Numbered from the stretch's first letter, positions 1 through 8,978 are shown. The stretch: DNA of 64,000 nucleotides from an uncultured Gammaproteobacteria bacterium (GCA_964538765.1 CAZIHS010000001.1:19966-83965), one strand, 5' to 3'. The notes: generated by a model not told the origin, from the letters alone. A program made the numbers and translations.

Positions 1-140
1 TTGGCCAGGGAGGCAGAAAAATAAAAGAAATTGGAACGGCAACCAGAAAAGAATTGGAGGTGGCGAGCAACAGGAAGATATTTTTAGATCTAATGGTAGT
101 GGTCGATAAACACTGGCCTGAAAGGGCGGTGGCCGGTTGA
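1..140 (+). CDS. 3' end of a GTPase Era/Der-like gene (C-terminal KH-like domain), partial at window edge
   Basis: Frame 3 translates to ...GQGGRKIKEIGTATRKELEVASNRKIFLDLMVVVDKHWPERAVAG*, which resembles the GxxG KH-type C-terminus of Era/EngA. The TGA stop is at 138-140 and overlaps the TTG start of the next gene. Confidence 0.4.
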   Translation, partial: GQGGRKIKEIGTATRKELEVASNRKIFLDLMVVVDKHWPERAVAG

Positions 141-859
141 AAGAGATGGCGATAGGTGATAAAAAAGTAGACATGTGGCGCATCGATAAGGTTTCAAAAA
201 GCTTTGGTCTTTTAAAGGCGGTTAACGATGTCAGTTTTGAAGTTAAGGCCGCGGAGGTGGTTGGGTTACTGGGGCCAAACGGAGCCGGAAAAACGACTCT
301 AATGAGAATCCTGACTGGCTTTTATCGTGGAAACCGGGGAACAATTTTTTACCACGACACAGCAGTAGACACTAAAAGTAAAGATTATAAAAAGCTTATC
401 GGGTATCTGCCCGAAAACAACCCTTTATATTTGGCCATGACGGTAACCGAGTATTTAGAATTTGTGGCAAAGTTAAAACAGGTTGTTGAAATTAAAAAGG
501 GAATTTTGGAGGCGGCTTTGGAATGCGGTCTTTTAGATATGCTGAATAAAAAAATCGACACTTTGTCAAAGGGATATCGACAGAGAGTGGGGCTGGCAGC
601 GGCTCTTTTGGGTGACCCCCGGATACTGGTTTTGGATGAACCGACATCAGGGCTTGACCCAAAACAGATAGTTGAGATTCGGAAATTGATTAGGACGTTG
701 GCCAGGAAAAAAGCGGTGATATTATCAACACATATTTTAACCGAAGCGAAGGAAATTTGCGACAGAATTCTAATTATCAACAGAGGCAACCTAGTGTTAA
801 ACGAGAAAACTGACAAAATTAAAAATATTGAAAAAAGGTTTATCGAGTTAACAGATTAG
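137..859 (+). CDS. ABC transporter ATP-binding protein
   Basis: Walker A LLGPNGAGKTT, ABC signature LSKGYRQRVGLAAAL, Walker B ILVLDEPTSGLD. The start may be TTG at 137 or ATG at 146. Confidence 0.9.
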   Translation: MKEMAIGDKKVDMWRIDKVSKSFGLLKAVNDVSFEVKAAEVVGLLGPNGAGKTTLMRILTGFYRGNRGTIFYHDTAVDTKSKDYKKLIGYLPENNPLYLAMTVTEYLEFVAKLKQVVEIKKGILEAALECGLLDMLNKKIDTLSKGYRQRVGLAAALLGDPRILVLDEPTSGLDPKQIVEIRKLIRTLARKKAVILSTHILTEAKEICDRILIINRGNLVLNEKTDKIKNIEKRFIELTD

Positions 860-860
860 T

Positions 861-1580
861 ATGAATTTTAAAAATATTTTGATTTTGGCTAAAAAAGAAT
901 GGTGGAGTTTGCTTTACAATCCGACAGGTTATGTTTTTTCAGCCTTGTTGCTTTTGGTTACAAACTGGCTTTTTGTAAACGACATGTTTGTGATTGGGCA
1001 AGCCGATATTAAACCCTACCTGTCAACAATGTTGTTTTTGCTGATAATATTTGTTCCGGCGATAACAATGAATTCACTGGCGGAAGAGAAAAAAAGTGGC
1101 ACCTGGGAGATTTTATTATCTTTGCCGGTAAATGAAACCGAAATGGTGGTGGGGAAACTGTTGGGCTGGTGGTGGTATTTTGGTTTGGTTTTGGTGTTGT
1201 CGACGCCTGTGGCAGGAATTCTTATCTGGCTTGGCCAACCTGATTTGGGGGTGATGGCAGGCGGCTATGTAGCCGTGCTGTTGGTGGGATTGGCCTATGG
1301 AGCCATAGGTATTCTGGCTTCTGCCCTGACAAACCAGCCGGTGGTTGGCTTTTTGATTGGAACAATGATTATTTTGGTAAACAACGTGATGGGTCAGGAC
1401 GCGGTGGTTTCAAGAATGCCAGGCCAATTGGCTAAAATTGTGACCAGTCTGAGTCTCGGCTGGCAGACAAATAGAATGATGACCGGGGCCTTTGAACTTA
1501 CTGATTTAGTTTTTTTTGGATCAGCAACGGCGGTGGCGGTGATAATAACGGTTTTGATTTTGAAGGCGAGGGATAAATAA
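861..1580 (+). CDS. ABC-2 type transporter permease
   Basis: Polytopic hydrophobic protein placed immediately after the ATPase with a 1-nt gap, so translationally coupled. Confidence 0.7.
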   Translation: MNFKNILILAKKEWWSLLYNPTGYVFSALLLLVTNWLFVNDMFVIGQADIKPYLSTMLFLLIIFVPAITMNSLAEEKKSGTWEILLSLPVNETEMVVGKLLGWWWYFGLVLVLSTPVAGILIWLGQPDLGVMAGGYVAVLLVGLAYGAIGILASALTNQPVVGFLIGTMIILVNNVMGQDAVVSRMPGQLAKIVTSLSLGWQTNRMMTGAFELTDLVFFGSATAVAVIITVLILKARDK

Positions 1581-1582
1581 TT

Positions 1583-3040
1583 ATGAAAAACAATAAGCTG
1601 ATTACCATGCTGACAGGCGTGAATTTGATTGCCGTGGTAGTGGTGATAAACATTCTTTTGTCTTTTGCGCCAAATGTCAGACTAGATTTAACAAATAATA
1701 AAATTCATAGCTTATCTAAAACAAGTGAATTAACTTTGCAAAAACTGGAGGATGTGGTCAACGTCAAGGTTTACATTAGCAGTGAGTTACCCCCCGAGAT
1801 CAAACCATTGGCAGATAACTTAAAATTAACGATTAACGAGTTTGAAAGTATAAACCCGGGAAAGTTTAAAGTTACTTATCTGGACCCGTTAAAAAGTGAA
1901 TCGGTTAGAAGTGAAGCGGAAAAAAACGGAATTCAGCCTCTTCAATTTTCAAACATTAAGTCGGATAAGTTTGAAGTGTCTAACGGGTATTTTGGCCTGG
2001 TAATGACCTACGGAGATAAAAAAGAGGTATTGCCAGTGGCCGGAGACGTGGGAAACCTTGAATATTTTTTGGTTACCGGGATAAGACGGCTTGTAAACAA
2101 CAAAAGTACCGGAGTGCTTTTGGCTATTAACGAAGATAACGCCGACAATGGCTACCAGCTCCTTAATGAATATATGGGCAAAGTATATAAGACAACCGAA
2201 ATAAATTTAGGGGAAGAGGTTAAGCTGACTGAAGAAAACGAGGTGATGGTAATAGTTAATCCGCAGACAGATTTAGTAAAAAATAAAGAGGCGATATCCC
2301 TCTGGCTTAAGCAGGGAAAGGGACTGGTGTTTTTTGCGGATCAAATAGGGGTTGACGTGGCAATGGGCAGCAAACAGAACCCAATAGAAGGCTGGAAAAG
2401 TTTGTTTAAAGAGTACGGGATTGAATATGGCGACAAGATGCTGGTAGATCAAAGTTCGACTTTAGCCAACTTTAGAGGCCAAAAAGGCAACTTTTTAACC
2501 CAATATCCTTTTTGGATTCAGATCAGGACAGAAAATATTAATAATACTTTGCCAATTTTATCGGGTGTAACGTCGTTAATGGTTCCCTGGACAACGGGAT
2601 TAAGCGTCAGCGGTCAGGCCAGGCCGTTATTCAGCTCAAGCAGTCAGTCTCAAGCAGTTGACGGAGCCTTAGATGTTTCGCCCTACTCCAAGGTCTCCTG
2701 GGAAAGTGGAAAGATGAAAAAAACGGTTGTCGGCGCAATTAATACGGAGGGCGTTAGACTGGCGGTTATCGCAGACTCAGATATGTTAAGAGACCAATTT
2801 TTGAGAAACAATCAGCAAAATCTGGTGTTGGCTCTGAATTTAACTGATTATTTTTCACAGGACAAAAGTTTAATGGAAATTAGGAGTAAAAATGTTAAAT
2901 CAAGTCCTCTTAAGCCAGTTGAAGAAATGGTTAGATTGGCAGTTAAAGGGGGGCTTATAGTTTCGCCACTTTTATTAACTTTGCTGGTGGCTGGAGCGGC
3001 GAAAATAGTACGGAATAAAAACCAAAAAAGGTATGGTTGA
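1583..3040 (+). CDS. GldG-like ABC transporter auxiliary component
   Basis: N-terminal TM helix followed by a large extracytoplasmic domain. It follows the ABC ATPase and permease, as in GldA/GldF/GldG-type modules. Confidence 0.55.
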   Translation: MKNNKLITMLTGVNLIAVVVVINILLSFAPNVRLDLTNNKIHSLSKTSELTLQKLEDVVNVKVYISSELPPEIKPLADNLKLTINEFESINPGKFKVTYLDPLKSESVRSEAEKNGIQPLQFSNIKSDKFEVSNGYFGLVMTYGDKKEVLPVAGDVGNLEYFLVTGIRRLVNNKSTGVLLAINEDNADNGYQLLNEYMGKVYKTTEINLGEEVKLTEENEVMVIVNPQTDLVKNKEAISLWLKQGKGLVFFADQIGVDVAMGSKQNPIEGWKSLFKEYGIEYGDKMLVDQSSTLANFRGQKGNFLTQYPFWIQIRTENINNTLPILSGVTSLMVPWTTGLSVSGQARPLFSSSSQSQAVDGALDVSPYSKVSWESGKMKKTVVGAINTEGVRLAVIADSDMLRDQFLRNNQQNLVLALNLTDYFSQDKSLMEIRSKNVKSSPLKPVEEMVRLAVKGGLIVSPLLLTLLVAGAAKIVRNKNQKRYG

Positions 3041-3842
3041 TAGAGGTTCAAAGATTTTTATTATTTCGGGAGTGGTTTTGTTTTTTGCTGTTGGCATTTG
3101 GTTACTTTTGGTAAACAGGGGCCAACAAAAGGTGCCGGGTAATTATTTTGCTGAAGATGGAAAATGGTGTATTAACCAATTGTGTTTTTTTAAGAAAGAG
3201 AATAAATGGTGGGTAAAGAACGATAAAATTGAAGCTCCGGCAAACAGTGAGGTGGTCGACGAGACATACAAAAAAATTTTAGGGATAAAGCTGGGTGAGG
3301 TGGTTTCAGAAAATCCTGTTCGATTTGCAGAGCTTGGAATCGGCGAAAGCAACAGGGTGATGATAAATATTGGAGGCAAGGAACTGGAGGTTGGAAAAAA
3401 TAATCAAGCCTATGACGGAACCTATTTTAGACCGGCCGGGGGAAATAAGGCATACTTTGTACCAATTATTCTGGATAAAAGTAACCTGACGAGCCTTGAT
3501 TATTGGCAGTTGAAAGCGATTACCAACCTGCCAATTTATCAGGTTAGAAAAGTAAGGATTTCGAAAAATGGGGTAGAGACAGAAATAGTTAAAAAGGATG
3601 ATAAATGGCCAAATGATAAACTGGTGTCCAAAATAACATATTTGAAACCGGTTAGATACCTGCCAGACTTTGCCAAAGATGGAGAGAAAGTTTCATTTAC
3701 AGTCGAGGGAGAAGGTTTTGAGGTCAAAATTAAAATTGGCCAAAAAACCGAAAGCAAAAAAACGGCTATATTTTGGGCAACTACAGACGACAAAACATAT
3801 TTCGAAATCAGCAAAGAAGACTTTGGAACATTAAACGGTTGA
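3033..3842 (+). CDS. Membrane-anchored protein of unknown function, DUF4340-like partner of GldG
   Basis: N-terminal TM anchor. Its start overlaps the GldG stop by 8 nt (ATGGTTGA). Position after gldG matches the usual DUF4340 context. Confidence 0.4.
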   Translation: MVDRGSKIFIISGVVLFFAVGIWLLLVNRGQQKVPGNYFAEDGKWCINQLCFFKKENKWWVKNDKIEAPANSEVVDETYKKILGIKLGEVVSENPVRFAELGIGESNRVMINIGGKELEVGKNNQAYDGTYFRPAGGNKAYFVPIILDKSNLTSLDYWQLKAITNLPIYQVRKVRISKNGVETEIVKKDDKWPNDKLVSKITYLKPVRYLPDFAKDGEKVSFTVEGEGFEVKIKIGQKTESKKTAIFWATTDDKTYFEISKEDFGTLNG

Positions 3843-3906
3843 CGGATGTTGCAAATTTAAATAGACTAGATTGAGTAGATTAATATTTTTAGTTATTTAA
3901 ATAGTT

Positions 3907-4389
3907 ATGAGCAAAAGTGGAATAAAAGTATTTGTTGCTGGTTTTCTTGGCGCCTTGGCCGGAGCGGTTGGCGGTTTACTGCTGGCCCCGAATTCAGGTG
4001 AAGAAACCAGAAAAAAGTTGAACAGGCTGGCAGGTAGTGTAAAAAACAAGGTCGACGAGGAAACCAAGGACACCAGAGCAAGAATAGTTAAGATTTTTGG
4101 CAGTGCCGGTGAATTGTCAGTAAAAAGATATAACATGGTTATTAGCGGTCTTAACCGAAAGATAGATGATTTAAAAAAGGCTGGAGAAGAGATTGACAGG
4201 GAGAAATATTCAAAAATTGTCGACGAGGTTTTGGGGGAATTTAGAAACGACCTAAGGAAAGCAAAGGCCAGCAGCGGAAAACTGGGGGAAATGCTAAAAA
4301 GTGATTTTGCAAAAATTAAGGGCTCACTGACCAGTAGCGGTGGTTTTTCCGGTAAGCGTTTGAGTAAGAAGAGATCTAAGAAAGTTTAA
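3907..4389 (+). CDS. YtxH-like (DUF948) membrane-anchored coiled-coil protein
   Basis: N-terminal GFLGALAGAVGGLLLAPNSGEETRKKL motif typical of the YtxH family, followed by a charged helical region. Confidence 0.5.
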   Translation: MSKSGIKVFVAGFLGALAGAVGGLLLAPNSGEETRKKLNRLAGSVKNKVDEETKDTRARIVKIFGSAGELSVKRYNMVISGLNRKIDDLKKAGEEIDREKYSKIVDEVLGEFRNDLRKAKASSGKLGEMLKSDFAKIKGSLTSSGGFSGKRLSKKRSKKV

Positions 4390-5301
4390 GGATTTTTCGT
4401 CAATAATCGAGACTGCGGCCCGGGCGTGGATAGCCTTTTTTAGTTTTTCCAGAGCTTTGGGTTTTTCGATTAAATCTGATTTGGTAATTAAAAGTATTTC
4501 AGGTTTGTTTATCAAATTTTGACTATAGTTGGAAAGCTCGGTTCGAATTAGCCGATAGTCGGAAATAGGGTCTTTCGACTCGGAGGAGAGACAATGAACC
4601 AGAATTGAGGTGCGTTCGATGTGTTTAAGAAAGCGGAAACCAAGACCGCGGCCAACGGAAGCCCCTTCTATTAAGCCTGGAATATCGGCAATAATACTGC
4701 CATCGGGTAAAGCGCCAAGATTTGGCTCAAGAGTGGTAAATGGATAGTTGGCAACTTTGGCTTTAGCCGAAGTTAGGGCGTTTAGAAGCGAGGTTTTCCC
4801 AGAGTTTGGTAAACCAATTAAGCCTATTTGGGCGATAAGTTTTAGCTGGAGAAACAGACGTCTTACCGGTTTCTTTTCCCCGGGGGTTGATTCTTTTGGC
4901 GTTTGGTTGGTGGAGGAGCGGAAAGAAAAATTTCCCCTACCACCGCGGCCGCCTTTTGCCGCCACCACCTTTTGACCAATTGTGGTTAGCTCCACTGAAG
5001 TGCCGTTATCATAATTAATTTTGGTGCCCACCGGCAAGCGGATGACCAAATCTTCGCCGTTGTGGCCGGTTCTTTGGTTTCTGCCTCCATTTTGACCATT
5101 TTGGGCCGAAAAAATTTTGGGGCTTTTAAACTGTTTCAACAAACCAATGTCGGCAACAGCCTGGAAGTATACCGTACCTCCGTCTCCTCCGTTACCACCG
5201 TCAGGGCCGCCTTTTGGCCGCCAACGGTCGGAAAAGAAATGGACCATCCCATTACCTCCATCGCCAGCCTTAATATTGGCATAGACCTCGTCAATCAACA
5301 T
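4324..5301 (-). CDS. obg: GTPase Obg
   Basis: Gly-rich Obg fold (GDGGNGMVHF, GGDGG) and G domain GLIGLPNSGKTSLLNALT ... DIPGLIEGAS. Confidence 0.9.
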   Translation of the reverse strand: MLIDEVYANIKAGDGGNGMVHFFSDRWRPKGGPDGGNGGDGGTVYFQAVADIGLLKQFKSPKIFSAQNGQNGGRNQRTGHNGEDLVIRLPVGTKINYDNGTSVELTTIGQKVVAAKGGRGGRGNFSFRSSTNQTPKESTPGEKKPVRRLFLQLKLIAQIGLIGLPNSGKTSLLNALTSAKAKVANYPFTTLEPNLGALPDGSIIADIPGLIEGASVGRGLGFRFLKHIERTSILVHCLSSESKDPISDYRLIRTELSNYSQNLINKPEILLITKSDLIEKPKALEKLKKAIHARAAVSIIDEKSLNFLRSLLTQTLTGKTTATGQ

Positions 5302-5320
5302 GGTGATATTATAGATTAAT

Positions 5321-5422
5321 ATGCAAAATGGAATGACAGTTGCCGGGCTGGTATTGATATTTGGTTTGTTTGGCGGGATTATTGGCTATATTTTTTGGTG
5401 GTTGAAAAAGAACAAAAAATAG
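5321..5422 (+). CDS. Possible 33-aa single-TM small protein (MQNGMTVAGLVLIFGLFGGIIGYIFWWLKKNKK)
   Basis: ATG..TAG ORF in the obg upstream intergenic region. It has a hydrophobic core and a basic tail; it is shorter than the ORF track cutoff. Confidence 0.25.
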   Translation: MQNGMTVAGLVLIFGLFGGIIGYIFWWLKKNKK

Positions 5423-5440
5423 CCGGGGTTTGGAAGGTTA

Positions 5441-5836
5441 TTATTCCCTTATGTTTGCGAGCTTGGCGGTGTAGACAATTTGTTTGAGGGAACCGTCTGG
5501 AAATTCGATTTGATTGGAGCCCGATTGAGTGGCGTATTGATACAAATAATCGGAAAAGGCGGTTTTGAGTTCGCGGATTTGAGCCTGATTGGCTTTTACC
5601 TTATCATCAACTGCTTTTGCTTCTGGAGTGGCCAATATCTTTTGACGGGCAATTTTTTTAAGTTTGTTTAATTTTTGCCATTCCCGGTCTACTTCCTGAT
5701 AGTTTTCGTCAGATTCAAAAAGCGACTTGAGCATGGCCCGGTGCTCCCGGGATTCTTGTTCCAAGGTTTTGAGTTTATCCCGATGTTGGTCGATTAGCGA
5801 TTGGAGTAATACAATGCTGTTGTCTGACGAAGGCAT
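5441..5836 (-). CDS. Hypothetical coiled-coil protein
   Basis: Charged, helical 131-aa ORF with no recognisable catalytic motifs. Confidence 0.4.
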   Translation of the reverse strand: MPSSDNSIVLLQSLIDQHRDKLKTLEQESREHRAMLKSLFESDENYQEVDREWQKLNKLKKIARQKILATPEAKAVDDKVKANQAQIRELKTAFSDYLYQYATQSGSNQIEFPDGSLKQIVYTAKLANIRE

Positions 5837-5874
5837 ATGGTATTAAATCGATTAAGAGACCCATTGGCAAGTGA

Positions 5875-6408
5875 TCAAGTGGTTGGGCGTGATTTTTGGC
5901 GACGGGAGAATTTGGCGCCGACGCGGGAATGGTGGTGGCGCTGATCAAAAACGGTTTGACGCATTTTTTGGAAGTTGCCTTTCTTGTGTTCAACCGCCGA
6001 AAAAGTTGAGAGTTTAGCCGGGCGGGTAGACCCAAACGGCTTACGTTTCCGGCTGGCCCGTGGAGAAGAAGGGTTGGGTGGCACCGGGGCGGAAGCGCCA
6101 GGAAACGGTTTCGACTCGATAAGATGAGCAGATGTTTTTTCAGGTGCCGGATCTGGTTTGGCATAGTCAACAATTATGGTGCGGTCGATGAGATAGTAAC
6201 CGTTGAATTTTTCTTTAGCGGCTCTAGCGCTTTTAGAATCCTCAAACTCCACAAAACCTATGCCGCGGGATCGTCCCCAAGGGTTTCGCAAAACCTTTAC
6301 GGCCACCACTTTTCCTACACCGACAAACAAGGCCAAAAGATCGCCTTCAGTGATTTTGTAGGGCAAACTGCCAACAAAAAGACGGTTGGGTTTTTTATTT
6401 GATTGCAT
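5875..6408 (-). CDS. RRM-type RNA-binding protein with a basic Pro-rich C-terminal tail
   Basis: RNP2-like LFVGSLPY and RNP1-like RGIGFVEF motifs, then a PAP/PNPS/RKRK-rich tail. Confidence 0.7.
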   Translation of the reverse strand: MQSNKKPNRLFVGSLPYKITEGDLLALFVGVGKVVAVKVLRNPWGRSRGIGFVEFEDSKSARAAKEKFNGYYLIDRTIIVDYAKPDPAPEKTSAHLIESKPFPGASAPVPPNPSSPRASRKRKPFGSTRPAKLSTFSAVEHKKGNFQKMRQTVFDQRHHHSRVGAKFSRRQKSRPTT

Positions 6409-7045
6409 AAAACTCGGTTACACCTTCCGGGTTGATAAAACGGAGGGCAAGAGAGGGTTCCTGACTGTTATCAATTTCAAAAACAATAGCCGTGTTAACC
6501 CACTGTTCATGGTCGAGTGTGATTTTAGAAAGTTCAAAAAGGTTCTTTGACTGGGTATAGCTTTCGGAAAAATAGGTGGTTTCAACCGTGCTTAGGTTTT
6601 TTGCCTGATCGATGATGACAAACTGGGGAGAAGGAGTATCCCCTATCTGATTAAAGTTGGACGGCTGGCCCAAATTTTTGGCATTACCGCGGATTGCGAT
6701 TTCAACCAGGATCAGCTTTTTTCCTTCGGAAGGTTGACGAGAGGCCACTTCCTTTACTTCCTTTATTGATTTGGCTTTAAATTGAGCAGAGCCAACACCG
6801 TCGGGCTGAAAATATTTGTATTTGACGGTAAATTCCTGATTAAGAGGAACTGTTTTTGTAATATTTATTTTTTCGGTGGCGAATTTATCAACATAGGGAG
6901 TGGTTTCAGCCAGCTGATCGTCGTCGCTGAATGAAACTTTAGGCTTTTGCGGTCCACAAGCAGAGAATATTAAAGACGAAAAAACGATAATTAATAGTGC
7001 TGGAAGAGTGGTTTTTGTCATTGTCGACATGCAATTTGGTAACAT
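6395..7045 (-). CDS. Putative lipoprotein (DUF4352-like)
   Basis: Signal peptide with lipobox ...FSAC. The mature part is beta-rich. Confidence 0.4.
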   Translation of the reverse strand: MLPNCMSTMTKTTLPALLIIVFSSLIFSACGPQKPKVSFSDDDQLAETTPYVDKFATEKINITKTVPLNQEFTVKYKYFQPDGVGSAQFKAKSIKEVKEVASRQPSEGKKLILVEIAIRGNAKNLGQPSNFNQIGDTPSPQFVIIDQAKNLSTVETTYFSESYTQSKNLFELSKITLDHEQWVNTAIVFEIDNSQEPSLALRFINPEGVTEFYAIK

Positions 7046-7056
7046 CTTGATTATAG

Positions 7057-7698
7057 ATGAAAAAGAATTGGGGATGGGATTTTGAAAAATACCAGGTGGG
7101 AGGGTTGCAAACTAATTGCTATATTCTGTGGAATCGGCAAAAACAGTCGGTGGTAATAGACCCCGGAGATGATGGGGTTGAGATTGCTCAAAGGATAGGA
7201 GAAAAGGATTTGAAGTTGACGGCTATTTGGTTAACTCACGGCCACTTTGACCACACCCTGGGAGTACTAGACCTGGAGATAATTTTTAAGCCAAAAATAT
7301 ACTTGAATAATAAGGATCAGTTTTTGTTTAACCGGCAGGATGATACGGCCCGTTATTTTGGTCAGAAGTTGTCTGCAAGACCAAAAATTGACACCCGGAT
7401 TGTTGATCTTGGGCAAATTAAAAACGTTTATTTGGGAGAAACAGGGTTTGAAGTGTGGCCTACCCCTGGGCATACCCCAGGCGGAGTGTGTTTTTACCAA
7501 AGGGAGGCCGGGGTGCTTTTTTCCGGCGACATTTTGCTTAATGGTGAAGTTGGCCGAACTAATTTTTCTTATAGCAGTAAGACTAATTTTAAAAATAGCC
7601 TGGAGGGGTTGTTGGGTTTGGCTGATGAAGTGTTGGTTTTACCGGGTCATGGCGAAAAAACGACGATTGGGGAACAAAGACGAAAAATACAAACTTAG
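7057..7698 (+). CDS. MBL-fold metallo-hydrolase (glyoxalase II-like)
   Basis: Metal-binding motif LTHGHFDH and downstream His/Asp ligands (PGHTPG, GDIL, PGHG). Confidence 0.8.
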   Translation: MKKNWGWDFEKYQVGGLQTNCYILWNRQKQSVVIDPGDDGVEIAQRIGEKDLKLTAIWLTHGHFDHTLGVLDLEIIFKPKIYLNNKDQFLFNRQDDTARYFGQKLSARPKIDTRIVDLGQIKNVYLGETGFEVWPTPGHTPGGVCFYQREAGVLFSGDILLNGEVGRTNFSYSSKTNFKNSLEGLLGLADEVLVLPGHGEKTTIGEQRRKIQT

Positions 7699-7752
7699 TA
7701 TACACTAAATTTGTATTACAGGACTTGAAAGGTAGGTGGAAGATGGGTTAAT

Positions 7753-8169
7753 GTGTTTGGTAAAATGGGCTTAAGACGGACATTAGAAATTGTCGGGGCG
7801 ATAGCAATAGTTTACGAAATTTCTTTTTGCGGCCGTTTCCCAAAGGCAGTAAGGGATCAAGTCAGAAGAGAGCAGAGAGATAGGTGCGCCTGGTGTGGCA
7901 CGAGTACAAGTAAAACGGAGATTCACCATATTTGCCCAGATGGTATAGGCGGGGCTAAGAGGGATAGGTTTAACGCGGTAGGTCTGTGCAAAGACTGCCA
8001 TGATGAGTGGGACAAAAGAGCTACCCCTGACAAGATTAGAGATGCCGAAGTGTATCCAGGAATACCACTGCTTTCAATTGGGCCGAGATATTATGAAAAA
8101 GGGAAGAGAGGAATTGATGATCTTCAAAGAAGATACGCACAAATGGTAAGAAATAGGAGAAGAAGATAG
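7753..8169 (+). CDS. HNH endonuclease domain protein
   Basis: CAWCG...EIHHICP...NAVGLCKDCHDEW, the CxxC / HH / N / CxxCH pattern of HNHc nucleases, and an Arg-rich tail. Confidence 0.65.
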   Translation: MFGKMGLRRTLEIVGAIAIVYEISFCGRFPKAVRDQVRREQRDRCAWCGTSTSKTEIHHICPDGIGGAKRDRFNAVGLCKDCHDEWDKRATPDKIRDAEVYPGIPLLSIGPRYYEKGKRGIDDLQRRYAQMVRNRRRR

Positions 8170-8212
8170 CATTGGGGTAAAATAGGAGGTCGCACCTTGG
8201 TAGTTTTGATTC

Positions 8213-8283
8213 TACCCCGTCGTCTAATGGTAGGACACTGCGCTCTGAACGCAGTAATTGAGGTTCGAATCCTTGCGGGGTAA
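8213..8283 (+). tRNA. tRNA-Gln (anticodon CUG)
   Basis: Manual cloverleaf. Acceptor TACCCCG/CGGGGTA with the U1-A72 pair typical of bacterial tRNA-Gln, D-loop AATGGTA, anticodon arm CTGCG-CTCTGAA-CGCAG, 4-nt variable loop, T-loop TTCGAAT. CCA is not encoded. Confidence 0.8.
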
Positions 8284-8517
8284 CAGTTTTTGCAAATCGA
8301 AACCAAGCAGCCTCGACCCTGTTTTTGGCCGGTCAAGTTTGAGGAGATTAGTGGTCACAACTGTATAATTCATTTGTGTCGACCGATATAAAATTAATTT
8401 GTTTTGTTAAAGGCTCTAAAATTGAAACAAATTCCTGGAAAGTGATTGATCAGCTGTCTGACTTAAAAAGGATATTTTAAAATTTAAATTATCGTTTTTA
8501 CTAATATATTTGGAAAC

Positions 8518-8922
8518 ATGAAACCTAAAATTAGTTTGATTACTCTTGGGGTTGAAAACGTTGGTGTGTCGTTGTCGTTCTATCGAGATGGTCTTGGTTT
8601 TAAAACACACAACTATAATGAAGGCGACGAGGCAATATTTTTTGAACTGGAAGGAACTTGGTTATCTATTTTTCCAAAAAGTAAATTGGCCAATGACGCC
8701 ACCGTTGCCTCCGAGGGCTCGGGGTTTAGAGGCTTTACCTTGGCCCATAACGTCGGTTCAAAAGAAGAGGTTGACAGTGTATTTAAACTGGCCGTTTCTG
8801 TGGGGGCGTTGCCGGTGAAAAAACCAGAAGATACGTTTTGGGGAGGTTATTCGGGTTATTTTTCTGACCCTGACGGATATTTGTGGGAGGTGGCATTCAA
8901 TCCGTATACAGATCTGACCTGA
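8518..8922 (+). CDS. VOC family (glyoxalase I / bleomycin resistance-like) protein
   Basis: About 130 aa with a paired beta-alpha-beta-beta-beta module pattern (LGFKTH ... GYLWEVAFNP), typical of the VOC superfamily. Confidence 0.65.
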   Translation: MKPKISLITLGVENVGVSLSFYRDGLGFKTHNYNEGDEAIFFELEGTWLSIFPKSKLANDATVASEGSGFRGFTLAHNVGSKEEVDSVFKLAVSVGALPVKKPEDTFWGGYSGYFSDPDGYLWEVAFNPYTDLT

Positions 8923-8978
8923 TATGTTGGGTTTAAGTGGGTGGGGGTAATTTATTAAAACTGGGGTAAAATCAAACC

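Noticed and set aside
385-816. 143-aa minus-strand ORF
   Set aside because: It is fully antisense to the well-supported ABC ATPase gene and has no motifs. Similar antisense ORFs occur inside rpsI, rpsS/rplV, fusA, tuf and rpoC and are treated as noise.
8337-8517. AT-rich gap after tRNA-Gln as a possible integrated element boundary
   Set aside because: No direct repeat of the tRNA 3' end, integrase or other mobile gene is visible. It is treated only as the promoter region of the VOC gene.
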